Source: Bacilli bacterium
Lineage (GTDB): Bacteria; Bacillota_I; Bacilli_A; RFN20; CAG-631
DNA: 64,000 nt
Assembly (NCBI GenBank): GCA_900754115.1
Contig: CAAEBM010000055.1
Location: 769 to 64,768 of the forward strand
Reading direction: 5' to 3'
Made by a program: the position numbers and the translations under genes. This document shows positions 49,850 to 58,608 of this stretch, piece after piece (position 1 is the stretch's first letter; each line of letters begins with the position of its first letter). The notes below the pieces were generated by a model that had not been told where the DNA came from, did not search any database, and was given only the letters and a program-made list of their open reading frames with translations.

Positions 49850-51571
49850 TTATTGCGCATTTGCTACGTTTAAAGGTTCTATTTTTGTTAATTCTTGATT
49901 CATCATTGGTAATAATACTGTATAAGGGAAATATACAAGTACAACTAATGCAGGAAGCCCCCCTATGCTCATTGCAAAAAGCAAAGAGGTAATTAACGGG
50001 AAAAATAAACTGATTAAACTAAATAAAGTGATATAAAAGGTGATACGGTAACTCAATATAGATTTTGTATACCATTTGAAAATGAGATAAATTAAACCAA
50101 AGAAAGTAGGTAAAGCAAACAAGAAAGAAGCGCCTGATAAGAAGATTGCAGATAAGACATTTAAAACACTTTGAATAAGAACAGCACTGACTAAGAACGT
50201 TTCTTTTTCTTCTGGTTTAATATATTTTTTAAAGAACCAATATCCGAAGACTAAAAGTGCAATCATGGTCAAAGCTAAAATTAAATTACTTTGGCGACTT
50301 CTAACATTTGTAATACTCCAAGGATATCCACCTAGACGAGCAACAAGTAGGGAAATGACTAAACCAAACACTAAAGAAAGAATTAAACCAGCGCCAATAA
50401 TTAACGCACTTTTTCCCATTTTCTTTAAAGATATTTCTTTTTTTAGTTTTTTAAAGACAATCATTATGATGAGTGCAATTAAACAAAGTACAGCCACGAT
50501 GATTGCAAAAATGGAACTATAAGAGATAAATACTCCTGGAACAAAATTAAAGAAAACATCATCATAACTGCTTTCAAAATAATCCATTTCTCCGTATTTA
50601 GCATTGCTAACATATTCTTCAATAATTGGAAGAATTTGATTGCCATAATGTTGTAAAGTAGCAGTATTGACATTCATATAAGAATCAGAAGGAACGTGAT
50701 AATCATTAATATCATTTAAAGTAGAAAAATTAAGACCTGTTTTTCCAACATCTAAAAAACTAGTAAAATCCGTGTAATTAGTCATGACCGAATAAACAGC
50801 AGGAGCAATAGAATAAGTAAGTGGTTCTTTTGCTTTTTTATAAAGTTCAATGACTTTGTGATTATTTTTAGAAGTTTCAAACATATAAACTCCGCCATTC
50901 ATTCCTCGAGATTCTACGTTGATGACAAAGTTGACTTTATTCATTAATGTTTCATTTCTTGCTTCTAAAAAAGAACCCATCATATTCGTTTCTTCAGCAT
51001 CTGCAAATAAAAAGTAGAGACTATTTTGAAGCGTTTCTTTTCTTTGTGAAAAATAACGCATAAATTCTAATAAAGAAACCACACCATATCCATCATCTCC
51101 AGCACCATTTGATTTTGCAAGTTCTCCATAACGTACAATATTACCTCTAGAGTCATAATGGGCAACAAGCAAAATGCCAATTTCTGTTTTACCAGGAATG
51201 GTAGCAAGGATGTTTCGAATATCGTATGGAGCATCAACCTCATTTTCTTCTAATAAAGAAGTTTCAACATAAGTAATCCCATCTGTTGGTGTTGGATTTT
51301 GATTGCTTTTTGTCAAGTAATTTCTTTCTTCAACGTTTTCTTCTCCAACATATTCTTTTGTAACTTTTAATAAATATTGACGAACCTCTTCATGAGCATC
51401 ATAATCCGTAACGGAATGAGGTTTGTCAGCAATAATTTGTAAATGTTCTAATGCATTTTTGGCATTATAACCAGAATCATCAAAAGACATAGTTGATGGA
51501 GCTATCGTAATTAGTCCTAAAATAATGGCTACAATGCTAATGCAAGTAATTAACAATTTTTTTAGTTTCAT
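49850..51571 (-). CDS. M28-family metallopeptidase with an N-terminal signal anchor and a polytopic C-terminal membrane domain.
   Basis: M28 metal ligands (VAHYDS, GAGDDGYG, DAEETNMMGS, HVPSD). About 6 hydrophobic helices in the C-terminal 200 aa. Confidence 0.75.
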   Translation of the reverse strand: MKLKKLLITCISIVAIILGLITIAPSTMSFDDSGYNAKNALEHLQIIADKPHSVTDYDAHEEVRQYLLKVTKEYVGEENVEERNYLTKSNQNPTPTDGITYVETSLLEENEVDAPYDIRNILATIPGKTEIGILLVAHYDSRGNIVRYGELAKSNGAGDDGYGVVSLLEFMRYFSQRKETLQNSLYFLFADAEETNMMGSFLEARNETLMNKVNFVINVESRGMNGGVYMFETSKNNHKVIELYKKAKEPLTYSIAPAVYSVMTNYTDFTSFLDVGKTGLNFSTLNDINDYHVPSDSYMNVNTATLQHYGNQILPIIEEYVSNAKYGEMDYFESSYDDVFFNFVPGVFISYSSIFAIIVAVLCLIALIIMIVFKKLKKEISLKKMGKSALIIGAGLILSLVFGLVISLLVARLGGYPWSITNVRSRQSNLILALTMIALLVFGYWFFKKYIKPEEKETFLVSAVLIQSVLNVLSAIFLSGASFLFALPTFFGLIYLIFKWYTKSILSYRITFYITLFSLISLFFPLITSLLFAMSIGGLPALVVLVYFPYTVLLPMMNQELTKIEPLNVANAQ

Positions 51572-51662
51572 ATTTTCCTCTCCTAACTTTACTTATTATA
51601 CAAAATATCAAAAAAATTGCAAATTTTTCTATGGTCTTTCCATTACTCTTATCAATTTTTTG

Positions 51663-51693
51663 TAAAAAAAAGAAGAATAATTTTTTATTCTTC
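51663..51693 (-). terminator. Intrinsic terminator after cotJC (minus strand).
   Basis: GAAGAAT-loop-ATTCTTC hairpin followed by T8 on the minus strand. Confidence 0.7.
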
Positions 51694-51702
51694 CATTTTA
51701 TT

Positions 51703-52269
51703 TTAAACTTTTTTATCTAACATTTTTGCATACCGATCATACAAATCTTTAAATCGTTGATAATGAACAACTTCTCGTTGTCTTAAAAACAAAAGAGGTT
51801 GAATGACATCGGGATCGTCTGTTAAATTGATTAAATGTTCGTAAGTTACTCTTGCTTTTTGTTCAGCAGCCATATCATCAGCAATATCTGCTAAAGGATC
51901 GCCTGTTGCTCCAAATCCTGCGGTAGAAAAAGGAACTCCGAATACATCACTTGGGAATAATCCCATTCCATGTTGTGCATAATTTTTGCCCAATCCTGCT
52001 TTTTCTAATTCTTCGATGGTTGCTCCTTTCATTAATTGATAAATCATGGTTGAAATCATTTCGACATGACCAAATTCTTCAGTTGCGATATCTGTTAAAG
52101 TTGCTTTTCCTAAGTCATCTGGCATTGTATAACGTTGATTTAAATATCGTAAAGCCGCTCCTAATTCACCATAAGGACCTCCATATTGAGTGATTAAATA
52201 CTTTGCCATTTTTAAATCTTTCTTTTTAATATTAATTGGATATTGTAAATATTTATTGTATTTCCACAT
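51703..52269 (-). CDS. cotJC: CotJC-like manganese-catalase-family (ferritin-like) spore coat protein.
   Basis: YGGPYGELGAALRYLNQRYTMPD and TDIATEEFGHVEMI match the CotJC/Mn-catalase di-iron motifs. Start at the ATG at 52269, 3 nt after the cotJB stop. Confidence 0.85.
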   Translation of the reverse strand: MWKYNKYLQYPINIKKKDLKMAKYLITQYGGPYGELGAALRYLNQRYTMPDDLGKATLTDIATEEFGHVEMISTMIYQLMKGATIEELEKAGLGKNYAQHGMGLFPSDVFGVPFSTAGFGATGDPLADIADDMAAEQKARVTYEHLINLTDDPDVIQPLLFLRQREVVHYQRFKDLYDRYAKMLDKKV

Positions 52270-52271
52270 GT

Positions 52272-52661
52272 TTATTTTCCCTCCCAAGGCCATGGCGATT
52301 GAATCCATTGAAATGGCGTTTCAGTTAAGTATTCATCGCTCATAAATAAAGCTCCGAATTGTTTTTGATAACGATCAACAGCATTTTTATATTCTTTTAA
52401 ATAAAAGTTGCGCAATTCTAATGCTGCTTTTGCGTTAGGATGAGTATCTAAATAAAGTCCTAAATCATGAGCTGCAAAGCCACTTTTTTGAATAAAAAGT
52501 AAAAGGGCTTCTCGTTCATTGTTTACTTTGGGTTCCACAGGAACGTAATTTTTGTAGGGGTCATAAATGGATTTTTCTATATTTCCTTTAATAAAGCCTT
52601 CATTGGCATCATAAAACATTTGTTGATTTGAAGAATCCATCATTTCTTTTTGGTTATTCAT
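52272..52661 (-). CDS. cotJB: CotJB-like spore coat protein.
   Basis: LGLYLDTHPNAKAALELRNFY...YQKQFGAL matches the conserved CotJB core (LYLDTHP). Immediately upstream of cotJC. Confidence 0.8.
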   Translation of the reverse strand: MNNQKEMMDSSNQQMFYDANEGFIKGNIEKSIYDPYKNYVPVEPKVNNEREALLLFIQKSGFAAHDLGLYLDTHPNAKAALELRNFYLKEYKNAVDRYQKQFGALFMSDEYLTETPFQWIQSPWPWEGK

Positions 52662-52892
52662 ATTTTTTTGTTTTCACTCCTTCATTTGTATCGTATTCTT
52701 TTCCCCTCTTTTTGATATAGGCCAACAGCCTTTTTTCGACAAAAAAATTATTCGTGAAAAAAAGAACGAACATAGTTCAATCAATAAAAATAAAAAATGA
52801 AATAAAAGTCAAAAAAAAGCCCTTTTTTTGCTTTTTTAAAATATTAGAAAAACAAAAGAAAAGAAAACTAAAAAAAGCGTTAGAATTCCATG

Positions 52893-52921
52893 TTGAAAAA
52901 ATAAAAGTGCTTTTTTATAAT
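52893..52921 (+). promoter_or_regulatory. SigA-type promoter (TTGAAA-N17-TATAAT) for nrdDG.
   Basis: TTGAAA at 52893-52898 and TATAAT at 52916-52921, about 90 nt upstream of the nrdD ATG. Confidence 0.55.
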
Positions 52922-53010
52922 TAGGATACTTGATAATAAAACTAACTGATATCCAAGTAAGAGAGAGTTGTTTTTTTATACACGAAAAAGTAATAAAGGG
53001 GGAGCACAAA

Positions 53011-55335
53011 ATGGTACAAAAAATACAAAAACGTGATGGAAGAAAAGTAATTTTCAATCCAGAAAAAATTTACAATGCAATTTTTAAAGCAGCTGAAGCA
53101 TGTCAAGTTCATGACAAAGATTTAATTCAAAAAGTCTATGATGGAGCTTTAAAAGAAATTAATAAGGAATATAAAAAGAAAATTCCTACAGTTGAAGAAG
53201 TACAAGATATTATTGAAAAAACTTTAATTAGCCAAGGTTGTAGCGAAATTGCAAAAGCTTATATTTTATATCGGGCAGAAAGAACGCGTATTCGTGAAAC
53301 GAATTCTCGTTTAATGCAAACATTAAAAGAAATTACTTTTAAATCTTCTAAAGATAATGATGCAAAAAGAGAAAATGCCAATATTAATGGGGATACCGCA
53401 ATGGGAACCATGTTAAAATATGGTAGTGAATCTGCAAAAAGTTTTTATTTGAACTATTTAGTAGAACCACGTTTTTCTAAAGCACATCAAGACGGAGAAA
53501 TTCACATTCATGATTTGGACTTCTATTCTTTGACGATGACTTGTTGCCAAATTGATTTGATTAAATTGTTTAAAGGTGGATTTTCTACTGGCAATGGATT
53601 TTTAAGAGAACCAAATGACATTCGCAGTTATAGTGCTCTTGCTTGTATTGCCATTCAAGCCAACCAAAATGATCAACATGGTGGACAAAGTATTCCTAAT
53701 TTTGATTATTCTATGGCTTTGGGAGTTCGTAAAACTTATCGGAAATTATACATTGCAAATTTGGCAAAACTTTTAGAATTTGTAAAAGGAACAGATTGTG
53801 CAGAAGAAGTTAAAAAATTAATTGAAGAAGTAGAAAATGAAAATCAACTTAAAATTGCCATGGTTCGCAGCGATATTGATGAATTGGTCGCTAAAAAAGT
53901 TCAAGAAAAATTTGCTTTAGATGATGCAATACTTGAAAAAATCATGAAAGAAACCGTTCAATCTAGTTATAAAGAAACTAGACGAACCACTTATCAAGCA
54001 ATGGAAGCATTACTTTGTAATTTAAATACGATGCATTCTCGTGCTGGAGCCCAAGTTCCATTTAGTTCAATCAATTATGGAACAGATACTAGTGAAGAAG
54101 GAAGAATGGTTATGGACTGTCTTTTAGATGCGACAGAAGCTGGCTTAGGAGATGGAGAAACACCGATTTTCCCAATTCAAATTTTTAAAGTAAAAGAAGG
54201 AATCAGTTATAATCCTACAGATAAAAACTATGATCTATTCAAAAAATCTTTAGTTGTTTCAGGAAAAAGATTATTCCCTAATTATTCTTTTATTGATGCT
54301 CCATTTAATCTTCAATATTATAAAGAAGGCGACTATAATACCGAAATTGCCTACATGGGTTGCCGAACAAGAGTCATTGCTAATGTCTATGATCCTACTA
54401 AAGAAATTGTCACTGGTAGAGGAAATTTAAGTTTTACTTCAATTAATTTGCCAAGAGCAGCAATTAAAACGAGAAAATATAGTTCATTTATTAAAGAAGT
54501 GGATCGTTTAATTGATTTAGTAATCGACCAACTTTTAGAAAGATTTTACATTCAATCAAAAAAGAAAGTATACAATTTTCCATTTTTAATGGGACAAGGT
54601 GTATGGCTCGATAGTGAAAAATTAAATTACGACGATGAAGTAGGAGAAATTATTAAACACGGAACGTTATCTATTGGTTTTATCGGACTTGCAGAAGCGT
54701 TAAAAGTGTTAACAGGTCATCATCATGGTGAAAGCGAAGAAGCACAAGAAATGGGCTTAAAAATTATCGGTCATATGCGCAAAAGATGTGATGAAGCAGC
54801 TGAAAAATACAATTTAAACTTTTCATTGCTTGCTACTCCAGCAGAAGGGTTATCAGGAAGATTTGTTAAAATTGACAAAGAAAAATATGGCATTATTGAA
54901 GGCGTAACAGATAAAGAATTTTACACGAATTCTTTCCATATTCCTGTTTATTACCCAATCAGTGCTTTTGAAAAAATTAATAAAGAAGCACCTTACCATG
55001 CACTTACCAATGCTGGACATATTTCTTATGTCGAAGTAGATGGAGATATTGCTAAAAATCCCAAAGCCTTTGAAAAAATCATTCGTCATATGAAAGAAAA
55101 AGGAATAGGATATGGCAGTGTGAACCATCCAGTGGATCGCGACCCTGTTTGTGGATTTAATGGCATTATCAATAATGAATGTCCAAAATGTCATCGTCAA
55201 GAAGGCGATGTAAAATTTGAAAGAATTCGTCGGATTACTGGTTATCTTGTAGGAACGTTAGATCGTTTTAATAATGCAAAACGACAAGAAGTAGAGTATC
55301 GTGTTAAACATACAGGACTTGAAAATGAAAATTAG
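53011..55335 (+). CDS. nrdD: Anaerobic ribonucleoside-triphosphate reductase.
   Basis: N-terminal ATP-cone. C-terminal Zn ribbon CPKCH and glycyl-radical motif RRITGYL. Start at the ATG at 53011 (RBS aaaggggga). The track start is TTG. Confidence 0.95.
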   Translation: MVQKIQKRDGRKVIFNPEKIYNAIFKAAEACQVHDKDLIQKVYDGALKEINKEYKKKIPTVEEVQDIIEKTLISQGCSEIAKAYILYRAERTRIRETNSRLMQTLKEITFKSSKDNDAKRENANINGDTAMGTMLKYGSESAKSFYLNYLVEPRFSKAHQDGEIHIHDLDFYSLTMTCCQIDLIKLFKGGFSTGNGFLREPNDIRSYSALACIAIQANQNDQHGGQSIPNFDYSMALGVRKTYRKLYIANLAKLLEFVKGTDCAEEVKKLIEEVENENQLKIAMVRSDIDELVAKKVQEKFALDDAILEKIMKETVQSSYKETRRTTYQAMEALLCNLNTMHSRAGAQVPFSSINYGTDTSEEGRMVMDCLLDATEAGLGDGETPIFPIQIFKVKEGISYNPTDKNYDLFKKSLVVSGKRLFPNYSFIDAPFNLQYYKEGDYNTEIAYMGCRTRVIANVYDPTKEIVTGRGNLSFTSINLPRAAIKTRKYSSFIKEVDRLIDLVIDQLLERFYIQSKKKVYNFPFLMGQGVWLDSEKLNYDDEVGEIIKHGTLSIGFIGLAEALKVLTGHHHGESEEAQEMGLKIIGHMRKRCDEAAEKYNLNFSLLATPAEGLSGRFVKIDKEKYGIIEGVTDKEFYTNSFHIPVYYPISAFEKINKEAPYHALTNAGHISYVEVDGDIAKNPKAFEKIIRHMKEKGIGYGSVNHPVDRDPVCGFNGIINNECPKCHRQEGDVKFERIRRITGYLVGTLDRFNNAKRQEVEYRVKHTGLENEN

Positions 55336-55840
55336 AATTAATAATTATATTAATGAATCGTATGTCGATGGCCCCGGCATACGATTCAGTGTCTTTACTC
55401 AAGGTTGTCCTCATCACTGTAAAGGATGTCACAATCCACAAACCCATGATTTTTATCAAGGAAAAGAAATTGAAACAGATGAATTAGTACAAAAGATGTT
55501 AAAAAATCCTTTATTAGATGGCATAACATTATCTGGTGGAGAACCTTTTTTACAAGTTGATGCTTGTTTAGATTTATTAAAAAAATTATTACAAGCGAAT
55601 CCAACTTATGATGTCATCGCTTATACGGGATATCTTATGGAAGATTTATTAAAAAGAAGTCAAACAGAAAAAAATTTAAAAGAATTATTATCTTTAATTG
55701 ATTATGTCATTGATGGGCCCTTTATTTTAGAATTAAGAGATTTAGATTTAGACTTTATGGGAAGTAAAAATCAACGAATTATTGACTCTAAACAATCTAT
55801 ATTAGAAAATAAAATTATTGAAACTCATTTTGAAATGTAA
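55325..55840 (+). CDS. nrdG: Anaerobic ribonucleotide reductase activating protein (radical SAM).
   Basis: CPHHCKGCHN radical-SAM cluster motif. Start overlaps the nrdD 3' end. Confidence 0.9.
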   Translation: MKIRINNYINESYVDGPGIRFSVFTQGCPHHCKGCHNPQTHDFYQGKEIETDELVQKMLKNPLLDGITLSGGEPFLQVDACLDLLKKLLQANPTYDVIAYTGYLMEDLLKRSQTEKNLKELLSLIDYVIDGPFILELRDLDLDFMGSKNQRIIDSKQSILENKIIETHFEM

Positions 55841-55842
55841 AC

Positions 55843-55877
55843 AAAAAACTCAATTCGATTTGAATTGAGTTTTTTTC
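55843..55877. terminator. Bidirectional intrinsic terminator between nrdG and convergent lipoprotein island B.
   Basis: CTCAATTC-GATTT-GAATTGAG perfect hairpin flanked by A6 and T7. Confidence 0.8.
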
Positions 55878-56711
55878 TTAGTTTGTAATGTTTGGAAAAT
55901 CATCAGGATTTAACTTTTCAAAGGGATAAGCAGTTAATTCCTCGTACGAATAAGTGGTATTTGCTTCCATATATTGATAATTGATTGCGTCTTCTAAAGC
56001 ATATAACATGGTCGTTTTTACAGCCGTAATTTTTCCATTTTCCACTAAAATTTCATCATCACGACTCACTTCTTCTGTTTTACTAATACCATTAGATCCA
56101 TAGCGAATAAAACGATATTGGAGAAGATGAGTTCCGTCTTCCGATAAATCGATTAAATCGAAATTTGTGGTTAAAGATAATTTTAACCCTGAAACTCGAT
56201 AATAATTTAACGTGACATCGATAATGTTATAAATGTAATCACTGGCGAAATCAAAATCAAAAAGATAACTATAATTATAAGTGTTGTTTTCATAAAATAA
56301 AACACCATTTTGTTCGTCGCCTTCAGAATAGTAACGAATTTCATAAAGATAATTATCGGTTGTAATACCAATTTCATTTTTTACGCCTTCAATTTGAGTC
56401 TCTCCAATTTGTTGGTTTGATTCAGTTTGAATAAAATTGCCAAGATATTTAGTTGTCGTTCCTTCTTCTTTACTTTCTATTTCCATCCCATAGTAATTAT
56501 CTACTTGGGTTTTAGAAAAAGTTTTTGAACTTGCTTCAGTTTTAAATGAACTTAAAGTGGTTTTAAAGGCTTTTAAAGTAGCAATCGCTTCTTCGTTTGG
56601 GCTAACAGGTGTTGAAGAAGTACAAGAACTGGAAGTATCTTTTTTATTATCACAAGCACTTAAAGATGCAAAGCAAAGAAAAGTGCAAAGAATTTTAAAT
56701 AAGGTTTTCAT
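55878..56711 (-). CDS. Surface lipoprotein (277 aa), hypothetical.
   Basis: Lipobox SLSAC followed by a Ser/Thr-rich linker. Last gene of a three-lipoprotein operon. Confidence 0.7.
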   Translation of the reverse strand: MKTLFKILCTFLCFASLSACDNKKDTSSSCTSSTPVSPNEEAIATLKAFKTTLSSFKTEASSKTFSKTQVDNYYGMEIESKEEGTTTKYLGNFIQTESNQQIGETQIEGVKNEIGITTDNYLYEIRYYSEGDEQNGVLFYENNTYNYSYLFDFDFASDYIYNIIDVTLNYYRVSGLKLSLTTNFDLIDLSEDGTHLLQYRFIRYGSNGISKTEEVSRDDEILVENGKITAVKTTMLYALEDAINYQYMEANTTYSYEELTAYPFEKLNPDDFPNITN

Positions 56712-56714
56712 GAA

Positions 56715-58550
56715 TTATTCCTCAACGACATTGTAATAGTGAACATAATCGGTTTCGTTCACTCTCATGATAATTTGACTACCATCTAATTTTAAATCGC
56801 CACCATTATAGCCATATAAAGCACCACTTGCCATTGTTGGATTAAAGTTCATTCCATCAAAAGTATATGTAAAGGTAATCGTTTGAAGTAATTCATCATT
56901 TTGATAATAAGAAATGGTTCCATTTGTTTCATCAACAAAAGTCATAATAGCATAGGTGTTAGCAGAATATAAACTATCCCAACGATAAGTGTGACCTAAC
57001 AAATAAGCAGACATTTCTTCTGGAGTTAAACGATTTTTAATGACATATTCAATGGTAGTAGAAACAGAATCATCAACTTTAGAAGAGAAGGTAACGGATA
57101 CACTTTGCGTTGCATTCATTTCTTTTACTTGGTATTGTAATTCTAAAACAGAACTAGTTTGTGTCAAAATAGAAACTTCTAAAACATTTGGATCAGAAAC
57201 CGTAATTTCAATGTCATCTAAACTAGCAGAAGTTGGAGAAACACTGAGATAAATATTTTGATAAGTTGTATTCGTATAGATGTAACGAACAGTTCCTTCA
57301 TCAAATATATTGGTTTCGATTGCACTACTTGCATCATTATATTTGATTCTTGAAATGGGTTGCATATTGACCCGAACGTCAATCGTTTTGACAACTCCAG
57401 TAGCACTTTCAATAGTCAATGTCGCTTCTCCTGTAGATAACGTTTCAAATACATTTCCACTGGTAGTAATAATAGAAGGTTGACTAGAAGATACAGCGTT
57501 TAAGGCTAAATCAACCGCTTTAGATGGAGTATAAACACTTGCTTCAAAGTTAATATATTCATTTAAAGGTAAGTTATTTAAATCAGCATATTCTTTTTCC
57601 CATTGATCATTGTAAAAGAATGCTCTTACTTCTTCTACTTCTTGTAAGAAATAATCTTCTGGATTAATAAGATTGGTGTTTGTTGAAGAAGCTTGACGTG
57701 TTCCATAACTGATTTCATAAGTCATTAAATCATCGACTTCGTAAGTTTCATCATCACGAACTTGAGTTGTATGATAATGCAATTCAGAATTCATAATTTT
57801 AGAATCTTGGATTTCTACTTCAAATTCAATTAAGACGGTGACTGTTGATGCATCATCATCTGTATAAGAATAAGTGAAATCTTCAACAAAATAAATAGTA
57901 GTATTATTCACTGTCTCAACTGATACTTTTGGTAAAATCATTTGAACATCAGGATTATTTAATAAATAAGTAGAAATAAATTGATTGGTTAATAAAGAGA
58001 CTTGCTTAGTAAGTTGAGCAGGTAAACTTGATTCTAATAAATAACTGACTCCATCATTACTTTCATCACCAGAAGCAACGACAGGTAATCTTTTTGCTGA
58101 ATCACTCCATGGTGTTCTTAAAGTGCCATTTTCCCAATCGGTTACATAATAAAAGATTTTTTGAGAATCATATGTTTTTGCAGCAATAATTCGAGAATAA
58201 GAATCTTGTGTAGAACTAGGTAATTCTTCTCCAGTAGAAGAAAGATAGGTCATTTTTTCAGTTCCTGTTGCAAAAGAAGTTTCATCATTATAAATCGTTA
58301 AAGTTTCATTAGATGTTAAAATTCGTGCATCTCCTTGATTATATACTTCAGAAAATACAACTTGATTTGAATTTTCAACTTCTTGTTCAAATAAATCCAT
58401 TGTTAATAAATTTGAAAAACCCTCAAGACTCATTTCTGGTACAGGACTTGGATTTTGTGAAGAACTATTTGAACTAGAATTTCCATCGTTTTGAGTGCAT
58501 GCAGCTAGTAAAAATAAAGATAAAAGACTAAATAAAACTCTTTTTTTCAT
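56715..58550 (-). CDS. Large surface lipoprotein (611 aa), hypothetical.
   Basis: Lipobox LLAAC followed by an NSSSNSSSQNPSP linker. 3 nt upstream of the next lipoprotein gene. Confidence 0.75.
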   Translation of the reverse strand: MKKRVLFSLLSLFLLAACTQNDGNSSSNSSSQNPSPVPEMSLEGFSNLLTMDLFEQEVENSNQVVFSEVYNQGDARILTSNETLTIYNDETSFATGTEKMTYLSSTGEELPSSTQDSYSRIIAAKTYDSQKIFYYVTDWENGTLRTPWSDSAKRLPVVASGDESNDGVSYLLESSLPAQLTKQVSLLTNQFISTYLLNNPDVQMILPKVSVETVNNTTIYFVEDFTYSYTDDDASTVTVLIEFEVEIQDSKIMNSELHYHTTQVRDDETYEVDDLMTYEISYGTRQASSTNTNLINPEDYFLQEVEEVRAFFYNDQWEKEYADLNNLPLNEYINFEASVYTPSKAVDLALNAVSSSQPSIITTSGNVFETLSTGEATLTIESATGVVKTIDVRVNMQPISRIKYNDASSAIETNIFDEGTVRYIYTNTTYQNIYLSVSPTSASLDDIEITVSDPNVLEVSILTQTSSVLELQYQVKEMNATQSVSVTFSSKVDDSVSTTIEYVIKNRLTPEEMSAYLLGHTYRWDSLYSANTYAIMTFVDETNGTISYYQNDELLQTITFTYTFDGMNFNPTMASGALYGYNGGDLKLDGSQIIMRVNETDYVHYYNVVEE

Positions 58551-58608
58551 AAAAAATTCTCCTTTTAATTTTTATAAAACAGAGATAAAGTTGAGCAAAG
58601 GCTCAACT

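Noticed and set aside
48180-50673. ORFs 48180-48371, 48960-49217, 49810-49992, 50265-50522 and 50479-50673
   Set aside because: They are in the overlapping frame of ku or the M28 gene or antisense. 48960-49217 is out of frame with the Ku signature and lacks an RBS.
52662-52900. cotJA or a SigE/SigK promoter upstream of cotJB
   Set aside because: All frames are low-complexity with early stops. Partial CATACA-like elements have the wrong spacing to an ATATT-like -35.
52880-53010. NrdR box upstream of nrdD
   Set aside because: Only a weak GGATA...TATCC inverted repeat overlaps the TTG-start track ORF. There is no convincing 16-bp NrdR palindrome.
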